From NCBI GenBank assembly GCA_021735045.1, contig JAIPHU010000027.1, positions 1 through 5,018 of the forward strand: a stretch of 5,018 nucleotides of DNA, written 5' to 3'. Of the stretch, positions 1 through 5,008 are shown piece after piece. The notes beneath the pieces were generated by a model. That model had not been told where the DNA came from, did not search any database, and saw only the letters and a program-made list of their open reading frames with translations. The stretch is from Candidatus Omnitrophota bacterium (lineage in GTDB: Bacteria; Omnitrophota; Gorgyraeia; Duberdicusellales; 4484-171). Each line of letters begins with the position of its first letter. Within the stretch, counting starts at the first letter, position 1. A program made the position numbers and the translations under genes.

Positions 1-36
1 AGGAATAAAAAAACTTTCAGAAAATAAAGAAGGTAG

Positions 37-62
37 TTGAGTAAAAGGAATATATTATTTTT
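37..62 (+). promoter_or_regulatory. Copy A of the shared bipartite motif TTGAGT-N9-ATATTATTTTT, upstream of the first ATPase gene (candidate promoter/operator)
   Basis: TTGAGT at 37-42 and ATATTATTTTT at 52-62, ending 12 nt before ATG 75. The same two blocks recur at 4917-4941 with an 8-nt gap. Confidence 0.3.
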
Positions 63-74
63 AACTAATAGAAT

Positions 75-1793
75 ATGGCAAAAACAAAAATTACAGACTA
101 TTTGGTTAAGAAGGGTTATTTAACTAAAAAAAATTTAGAAAACCTTCTTGATTTAAGAAAAAAAAAAGATTCTTCGTTAACAGAATTAATTATTAAACTA
201 GGCTATATAAAAGAACAAAAGCTAGTTGATATTTTTTCTAATTATCTTTCAATACCCCGGGTTCAGATAAAAAACTTAAAGATTCCCAAACAAATTTTAA
301 ACATTATTCCCAAAGAAGTCGCCCGCCATAATAGCCTTATTCCTATAAGCAAAATCGGAAAAGTTTTGACTGTTGCTATGGCCAACCCTCTAGACTTATT
401 GGCTGTAGACGATATTAAAAAGATTACTGGATATCAAATTAATCGAGTCGTTGCTCCCTTTTCTGAGATAAAGGAAGCCGTGGCTGTTCATTATTCGCCT
501 GAACCAGGAGAATCTTTAGACAGCATAATTAAAGACCAGACGGTTGACGATCTTGAAATTATTCGTACTAAGAAAAAAGAAATTTCTGAGCAAGAGATAA
601 CTAAATCAGTTACAGAAGCCCCGGTAATTAAATTTACTAATTCTGTCTTAACTAAAGCTGTTTTGGAGAAAGCCTCCGATGTATTGATTGAGCCATTAGA
701 AGATAGAGGCAGAATCAGATTACGTATAGATGGGGTATTACAGGAGTCTGATAGTTTCACTAAAAAGATGCATCCTTTTGTGATTTCGAGGATAAAAGTT
801 ATGTGTAATTTGAATATTGCCGAACACCGGCTTCCTCAAGAAGGAAGATTTAGAAGAAAGATTGCCGGAAGAGATGTAGATTTTAGGATATCAATTCTTC
901 CTTCTAGTTCTGGGGAAAAATGCGCAATAAGGATTTTAGATAAAACCACAGCCCTTCTAAACTTAGATCTTTTAGGCACAGAAGAGGATGTATTAAAACA
1001 GTTAAAAGAAGATAGCCTAAAACCTCATGGTTTAATTTTAGCTTGTGGCCCTACAGGAAGCGGCAAAACTACCACCCTTTATTCGATAATTAAGCATATC
1101 TATACTCCTGAAAAAAATATAGTAACGGTTGAAGATCCGGTAGAGTATCAGCTTAAAGGCATAAATCAAGTAAGTATTAATCCGGCCATTGGCCTTACTT
1201 TTGCTAAATCTTTGCGTTCAATCTTACGTCAGGACCCTGATGTAATAATGATTGGAGAAATCAGAGACCCAGAAACTGCTGACATGGCCATAAAGTCAGC
1301 CTTAACCGGACACCTAGTTTTGTCTACTTTACATACCACAACGAGTGCGGGTTCTGTAACACGTTTAATTAATATGGGAGTTGAACCATTTTTAACTTCA
1401 TCAACTCTTATTGGAGTTATTTCCCAAAGGCTGGTAAAAAAACTTTGTCCTCAATGCAGGCAAAAGATGCCTTTTTCTGAAAAAATTATAGAAAAATATG
1501 GTATTAACCAAAGCCAAGATTTGTATCGGCCGGTAGGCTGTCGTCATTGTCAAAATACTGGCTATCAAGGCAGGATTTCTTTAACAGAATATCTTAGGGC
1601 TACGCCTCAAATTAGAAAACTTATCAATAACTCTTCTTCAGAAGCACAGATAAAAAAAGAATCTCGCAATGAAGGCATGAGAACTTTAAGAGAAGATGGA
1701 ATCATAAAAGCTAAAGCCGGAATAACTTCTTTAGAAGAAGTTATCAAGGTAACTAGTGCAGATCAATTAATGAATAAAAAAAAGAATATCTAA
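75..1793 (+). CDS. pilB: PilB/GspE-family secretion ATPase, paralog 1 (type IV pilus/T2SS assembly ATPase, full length with N-terminal T2SSE_N/MshEN-like domain)
   Basis: 572-aa ORF. ATG 75 is the only start after the in-frame stop at 69-71. Motifs read from the translation: T2SSE_N-like N-domain (...IPKEVARHNSLIPISKIGKVLTVAMANPLDLLAVDDIKKITGY...), arginine-rich RLPQEGRFRRK, Walker A GPTGSGKTT (nt 1047-1073), Asp box VTVEDPVEY (EDP nt 1131-1139), Walker B DPDVIMIGEIRD (nt 1233-1268), His box TGHLVLSTLHTT (nt 1305-1340), tetracysteine CPQC...CRHC (nt 1446-1550), C-terminal GITSLEEVIKVT. PilB versus GspE versus ComGA cannot be separated from sequence alone. PilB is preferred because of the adjacent PilC-like gene. 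Confidence 0.93.
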   Translation: MAKTKITDYLVKKGYLTKKNLENLLDLRKKKDSSLTELIIKLGYIKEQKLVDIFSNYLSIPRVQIKNLKIPKQILNIIPKEVARHNSLIPISKIGKVLTVAMANPLDLLAVDDIKKITGYQINRVVAPFSEIKEAVAVHYSPEPGESLDSIIKDQTVDDLEIIRTKKKEISEQEITKSVTEAPVIKFTNSVLTKAVLEKASDVLIEPLEDRGRIRLRIDGVLQESDSFTKKMHPFVISRIKVMCNLNIAEHRLPQEGRFRRKIAGRDVDFRISILPSSSGEKCAIRILDKTTALLNLDLLGTEEDVLKQLKEDSLKPHGLILACGPTGSGKTTTLYSIIKHIYTPEKNIVTVEDPVEYQLKGINQVSINPAIGLTFAKSLRSILRQDPDVIMIGEIRDPETADMAIKSALTGHLVLSTLHTTTSAGSVTRLINMGVEPFLTSSTLIGVISQRLVKKLCPQCRQKMPFSEKIIEKYGINQSQDLYRPVGCRHCQNTGYQGRISLTEYLRATPQIRKLINNSSSEAQIKKESRNEGMRTLREDGIIKAKAGITSLEEVIKVTSADQLMNKKKNI

Positions 1794-1808
1794 AAAGCCT
1801 AATTTATT

Positions 1809-3512
1809 ATGACCATAAAAGAAAAAATTACTGAATATATAACTGAGAAAAAGGATATAGATAAAAAGAAAGTCCAAGAAGCAGTTAAAGAAGCCAAAGA
1901 TTACGGTCTCCTTAAAAAAAATATTATAGCTAATAAACTATTAACTGAAGAAGAATTTTTGCTTTTTTTATCCAAAGAATTAGCTTTGCCGTTTATTGAT
2001 TTAGAAAAATATAAATTGAGCCCAAACAGCAAAAAATTAATACCCCGAGAGATTGCCCTAAAACATCAGGTTGTTCCCTTATGCAAAATAGGGAATGCTT
2101 TAACTCTTGCTTCTTCTAATATTTTAGATTTGATAGCTCAAGATGATTTAAAAATTATTGCAAAAGTTGAAAGAATAGATATTGTTTTATGCCGTCAGCA
2201 AGATATAAGCAAAGTTTTAAATGTTCTTTTTCAAGATACCAAAGAGATAACAGAGACGTTACAGCAACAAGATCAGGTAGAAGAAGAACAACAAGAAACA
2301 GATAGAGTTGATTTAGAAAGTTTGGTTACAGAAAGTAATCGGCCTCCGATTGTAAGAGCAATTGATTTGATAGTTTATACCGCCCTTAAAAAAAGAGCCT
2401 CAGATATTCACATTGAACCTCATCAAGATAGGCTACTGGTTAAATATCGTATAGATGGTATTTTACATGAAGAATTTAGCTTTCCCAAGAAGAATCAAGA
2501 TGCTGTAATTGCTCGGCTTAAAATAATAGCATCTTTAGATATTACTGAATCTCGAGTTCCCCAAGATGGCAGGTTTAAGGTAAAGTTCCAGGATAGAGAA
2601 ATTGATTTTAGAGTATCAAGCCTACCTTCGCACTTTGGTGAAAAGTTTGTTCTGCGGGCTTTAGACAAAGGTAATCTTTCGGTTGGCCTAGATAAGTTAG
2701 GGTTTTCTCCTGGGCCGCTTAAGCTTTTTAAAAAATCTGTTGAAGCTCCTTTTGGGATAATATTGGTTACCGGGCCCACAGGGTCAGGTAAGTCAACTAC
2801 TCTTTACTCAGTAATCAATCAACTCAATCACCCTGATAAAAATATTGTAACAATTGAAGATCCGGTTGAATATCAGCTAGAAGGTATAACTCAAATTCAG
2901 GTGAATCCAGAGATTGGTTTGACTTTTTCAGAGGGCTTGCGTTCTGTTTTGCGCCAATCTCCGGATATTATAATGGTAGGAGAAATTAGGGATTCAGAAA
3001 CTGCTGATATTGCCATAAAAGCTTCTTTGACCGGTGAATTAATATTTTCTACTTTGCATACAAATAGTGCGGTAGGGGCAATTACTCGCCTGCGGGATAT
3101 GGGGGTTGAAAGATTTCTTTTAGCTTCTTCGTTGATTGCTTCTACAGCGCAGCGATTGGTGAGAAAACTTTGCCCTAAGTGTAGAGAAGAATATAAATTA
3201 GATGAAAAAAGCATTAAAAGGCTAGGAATAGATGATTTTTGCCGTAGACAAAATGAAAAAGCTAAATTTTATCGAGCCAAGGGATGCCCTTTTTGTAACC
3301 ATCTAGGTTACAAAGGAAGAGTAGGGCTTCTTGAGGTTATACTTCTAGATGATAAAATTAAAGAGATGATTATTGGCGGTGGTTCAGAGCAGGATATAAT
3401 TGACTATTCTATCCAGGCGAATAATTTTATTTCACTAAAAGAAGATGGGTTATCTAAATGTTTAGATGGAACCACTTCGCTGGAAGAAGTAATTCGAGTT
3501 GCCTCCGAATAA
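1809..3512 (+). CDS. pilB: PilB/GspE-family secretion ATPase, paralog 2 (full length, atypical His box TGE)
   Basis: 567-aa ORF starting 15 nt after the stop of paralog 1. ATG 1809 is the first start after the in-frame TAA at 1800-1802. Motifs: T2SSE_N-like N-domain (LPFIDLEKYKLSPNSKKLIPREIALKHQVVPLCKIGNALTLASSNILDL), acidic/Gln-rich linker QQQDQVEEEQQETD, RVPQDGRFKVK, Walker A GPTGSGKST (nt 2772-2798), Asp box VTIEDPVEY, Walker B SPDIIMVGEIRD (nt 2958-2993), His box TGELIFSTLHTN (nt 3030-3065; Glu codon GAA at 3036-3038 where His is expected), tetracysteine CPKC...CPFC (nt 3171-3296), C-terminal GTTSLEEVIRV. Which paralog is the functional PilB ortholog is unknown. Confidence 0.92.
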   Translation: MTIKEKITEYITEKKDIDKKKVQEAVKEAKDYGLLKKNIIANKLLTEEEFLLFLSKELALPFIDLEKYKLSPNSKKLIPREIALKHQVVPLCKIGNALTLASSNILDLIAQDDLKIIAKVERIDIVLCRQQDISKVLNVLFQDTKEITETLQQQDQVEEEQQETDRVDLESLVTESNRPPIVRAIDLIVYTALKKRASDIHIEPHQDRLLVKYRIDGILHEEFSFPKKNQDAVIARLKIIASLDITESRVPQDGRFKVKFQDREIDFRVSSLPSHFGEKFVLRALDKGNLSVGLDKLGFSPGPLKLFKKSVEAPFGIILVTGPTGSGKSTTLYSVINQLNHPDKNIVTIEDPVEYQLEGITQIQVNPEIGLTFSEGLRSVLRQSPDIIMVGEIRDSETADIAIKASLTGELIFSTLHTNSAVGAITRLRDMGVERFLLASSLIASTAQRLVRKLCPKCREEYKLDEKSIKRLGIDDFCRRQNEKAKFYRAKGCPFCNHLGYKGRVGLLEVILLDDKIKEMIIGGGSEQDIIDYSIQANNFISLKEDGLSKCLDGTTSLEEVIRVASE

Positions 3513-3569
3513 AAGGTAGGGTTTTAGGCCTGCCTGAACCGTTAAAGAAGGTGCGTTTTAAATTAAATT

Positions 3570-4778
3570 ATGGAACATTTTTCCTATACAGTAAAAAATC
3601 AAGAAGGTGAGGTTTTAAAAGGGACTATTGAAGCAGAGTCAAAAAATGCTTTGGTTCAACATCTTCAAGCCAAAGATTTTATAATTTTATCAATAAATAA
3701 AATTAGAAAAAAAACGAAAACTAAAAAAGGGAAGGTAAGCACCGATGATTTAGTGGTTTTTTCTCGCCAGTTGACCACTCTAATTGAGAGTGGTATTCCT
3801 GCTGTAGAAGCTCTGGGTATATTAGAAGACCAGATAGAAAATCCTTACTTTAAAGGAGTAATCGCCTCGGTGTTAAGGGATGTCAAAGAAGGCACCTCTT
3901 TTTCAAAAGCTTTAATGAAATACCCCCATGTTTTTCCCGAGATTTATTTAAGTATGGTTGAAGCTGCAGAAATTTCCGGAAATTTACCTGAGGTATTAAA
4001 TAGGGTTTCAGTTTATTTGGAAAAAAGTAGTGCTTTACGAAAAAAAGTAAAAAGCGCTCTTTATTATCCTACTGCTATCGTAATTATGGCGATAGTTATT
4101 ACTGGTTTTTTAATGTTTAAGGTAATACCTACTTTTAAACAGATATTTGAAAGTTTAGGAGGAACACTTCCTTTACCGACACAAATTTTGATTGGTATTT
4201 CTGATCTGTTAACTAAAAAAGAAACTTTATTAATTATCATTGGAGGGTTGGGGTTAGCTGGTTTTGGCTTTAAAAAATACACTAATACTTCTAAAGGTAA
4301 GCTGAACTTTCATCGTTTTATACTTAAGATTCCTTTAATTGGAGAGTTAATCAGAAAAATTGCTTTGGCTAATTTTTCCCGCACCTTTGCTACTTTAATG
4401 CGCAGCGGTGTCTCAGTCATCCAAGGCTTAGATATAGTTGCTAAAACTTCCGGGAATAAAGTGATTGAAGAGGCAGTTTTAAAGTCAAAAAAATATATTC
4501 AAGAGGGCCAGCCCATTTATGTGCCTTTAGAAGAAAGCGGGGTTTTCCCTCCGATGGTAGTTAAGATGATTGCTGTAGGCGAACGCAGCGGCCGCCTGGA
4601 AGGAATGCTTTTAAAGATCGCACAATTTTACGAAGAGCAAACTGATGCTATGGTAGCGGGATTATCTAGTTTGATTGAGCCTATAATTATCGTATTTTTA
4701 GGGGTAGTTGTCGGGGGAATCGTGGTTGCCTTATTTTTACCGATCTTAAAGATTACTGAATATGTAGGAGGCGTCTAA
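3570..4778 (+). CDS. pilC: PilC/GspF-family inner-membrane platform protein of a type IV filament system
   Basis: 402-aa ORF. ATG 3570 is the first start after the in-frame TAA at 3564-3566. It has the typical N-terminus (F.Y.VKNQEGEVLKGTIEAESKNALVQHLQAKDFIILSI) and two T2SSF-type repeats (FSRQLTTLIESGIPAVEAL... and FSRTFATLMRSGVSVIQGLDIV...). The conserved GERSGRLEGML motif is present. Three hydrophobic segments are seen: YYPTAIVIMAIVITGFLMF, LLIIIGGLGLAGFGF, IEPIIIVFLGVVVGGIVVALFLPIL. The ~400-aa length fits the family. Confidence 0.93.
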   Translation: MEHFSYTVKNQEGEVLKGTIEAESKNALVQHLQAKDFIILSINKIRKKTKTKKGKVSTDDLVVFSRQLTTLIESGIPAVEALGILEDQIENPYFKGVIASVLRDVKEGTSFSKALMKYPHVFPEIYLSMVEAAEISGNLPEVLNRVSVYLEKSSALRKKVKSALYYPTAIVIMAIVITGFLMFKVIPTFKQIFESLGGTLPLPTQILIGISDLLTKKETLLIIIGGLGLAGFGFKKYTNTSKGKLNFHRFILKIPLIGELIRKIALANFSRTFATLMRSGVSVIQGLDIVAKTSGNKVIEEAVLKSKKYIQEGQPIYVPLEESGVFPPMVVKMIAVGERSGRLEGMLLKIAQFYEEQTDAMVAGLSSLIEPIIIVFLGVVVGGIVVALFLPILKITEYVGGV

Positions 4779-4840
4779 TATAGCGTTCAACATTCGATGT
4801 GCGATATTCAGCGTTATTGGGGGAAAAGGAGATATAAACT

Positions 4841-4875
4841 TAGAACGTAGAACGTCGAACGTCGAACGAACGAAT
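4841..4875. repeat. 7-bp tandem direct repeat: TAGAACG TAGAACG TCGAACG TCGAACG plus degenerate AACGAAT
   Basis: Read directly: 4841-4847 TAGAACG, 4848-4854 TAGAACG, 4855-4861 TCGAACG, 4862-4868 TCGAACG, then AACG AAT (4869-4875). It ends 8 nt (last full unit 15 nt) upstream of the TTGACA -35, so it spans about -78 to -44 relative to the predicted TSS. Partial inverted copies lie upstream: CGTTC 4784-4788, TTCGA 4793-4797, AGCGTT 4810-4815. Function is unknown. Confidence 0.85.
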
Positions 4876-4883
4876 CAGCATTA

Positions 4884-4912
4884 TTGACATCCCAAAAATG
4901 ATATGCTACACT
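4884..4912 (+). promoter_or_regulatory. Candidate sigma70-type promoter with extended -10 for the downstream gene
   Basis: TTGACA (4884-4889), a 17-nt spacer, then TGc (4904-4906) and TACACT (4907-4912). The -35 is perfect, the spacing optimal, the TGn extension present, and the -10 matches 4 of 6. Predicted TSS is near 4919. A separate perfect TATAAT at 4927-4932 has no acceptable -35 or TGn. Confidence 0.55.
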
Positions 4913-4916
4913 TTAA

Positions 4917-4941
4917 TTGAGTTCTTTATAATATTATTTTT
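4917..4941 (+). promoter_or_regulatory. Copy B of the shared bipartite motif TTGAGT-N8-ATATTATTTTT, in the region upstream of the last gene
   Basis: TTGAGT at 4917-4922 and ATATTATTTTT at 4931-4941. It overlaps the perfect TATAAT at 4927-4932 and lies just downstream of the TTGACA/TACACT promoter. Confidence 0.3.
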
Positions 4942-5008
4942 TAAGGCTCAGTAAAAGGAGGTGAGATAAAAAAAGGAGCCCAAGGATTTAAACAAAGGAG
5001 GTCTCACG
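4920..5008 (+). other. Predicted ~90-nt purine-rich 5' leader of the downstream gene, containing a second, startless SD-like copy
   Basis: The boundary follows from the predicted promoter. It contains AAAGGAGGT at 4954-4962 (exact duplicate of the real SD 9-mer, 40 nt upstream), AAAGGAG at 4972-4978 and CAAGGAT at 4981-4987. No canonical start codon lies at a suitable distance after the first copy. Confidence 0.4.
4994..5002 (+). promoter_or_regulatory. Shine-Dalgarno site of the downstream gene
   Basis: AAAGGAGGT has full complementarity to a canonical anti-SD core. The spacer from GGAGG to ATG 5009 is 7 nt. Confidence 0.7.

Noticed and set aside
1-74. Possible 3' end of an upstream + strand gene (stops at 6-8, 25-27 or 38-40 depending on frame), and sigma70-like hexamers TTGAGT (37-42) / TATATT (51-56)
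   Set aside because: There is too little sequence to choose a frame or identify a product. The 8-nt spacing between the hexamers is incompatible with a sigma70 promoter. They are reported only as part of the shared-motif observation.
158-167. A10 homopolymer (AGA AAA AAA AAA, coding RKKK) near the 5' end of the first ATPase gene, as a possible slipped-strand phase-variation site
   Set aside because: The locus is AT-rich and Lys-rich, and A7-A8 runs are frequent (e.g. 126-133, 1776-1783, 1914-1921, 3707-3714). One A10 run encoding a Lys tract is not evidence of phase variation. It would only matter if read-level length heterogeneity were seen.
491-760. 89-aa minus-strand ORF inside the first ATPase gene
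   Set aside because: It is fully embedded antisense to a CDS with unambiguous family motifs. It has no recognisable motifs or RBS, and it is a typical shadow ORF.
2495-2779. 94-aa minus-strand ORF inside the second ATPase gene
   Set aside because: It lies antisense to the RVPQDGRF-to-Walker A region of a clearly real CDS, and nothing supports it independently.
2897-3214. 105-aa minus-strand ORF inside the second ATPase gene
   Set aside because: It lies antisense to the Walker B, His-box and Zn-motif region. It is a shadow ORF with no supporting signal.
3513-3569. 57-nt spacer between the second ATPase gene and pilC, with the AGGCCT palindrome (3526-3531) and an AATAAA(GA)AGGTAG similarity to 23-36
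   Set aside because: The 6-bp palindrome cannot form a meaningful hairpin, no T-run terminator follows, and there are no promoter-like hexamers. The short similarity is within what AT-rich spacers give by chance.
4064-4282. 72-aa minus-strand ORF inside pilC
   Set aside because: It lies antisense to the PilC transmembrane region. Its hydrophobic-looking translation is a by-product of the complementary strand.
4797-4850. Small ORFs in the pilC-downstream spacer: ATG 4797 (17 aa, MCDIQRYWGKRRYKLRT), GTG 4799 (12 aa), and a minus-strand 13-aa ORF from 4881
   Set aside because: None has an SD, all are very short, and they run through the heptamer repeat, whose period is not a multiple of 3. They are most likely noise.
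4779-4883. Search for a Rho-independent terminator or a sigma54 (GG-N10-GC) promoter after pilC
   Set aside because: I found no stable GC stem followed by a U-tract and no TGGCAC/TTGC-like pair by eye. This absence is recorded as a negative observation only.
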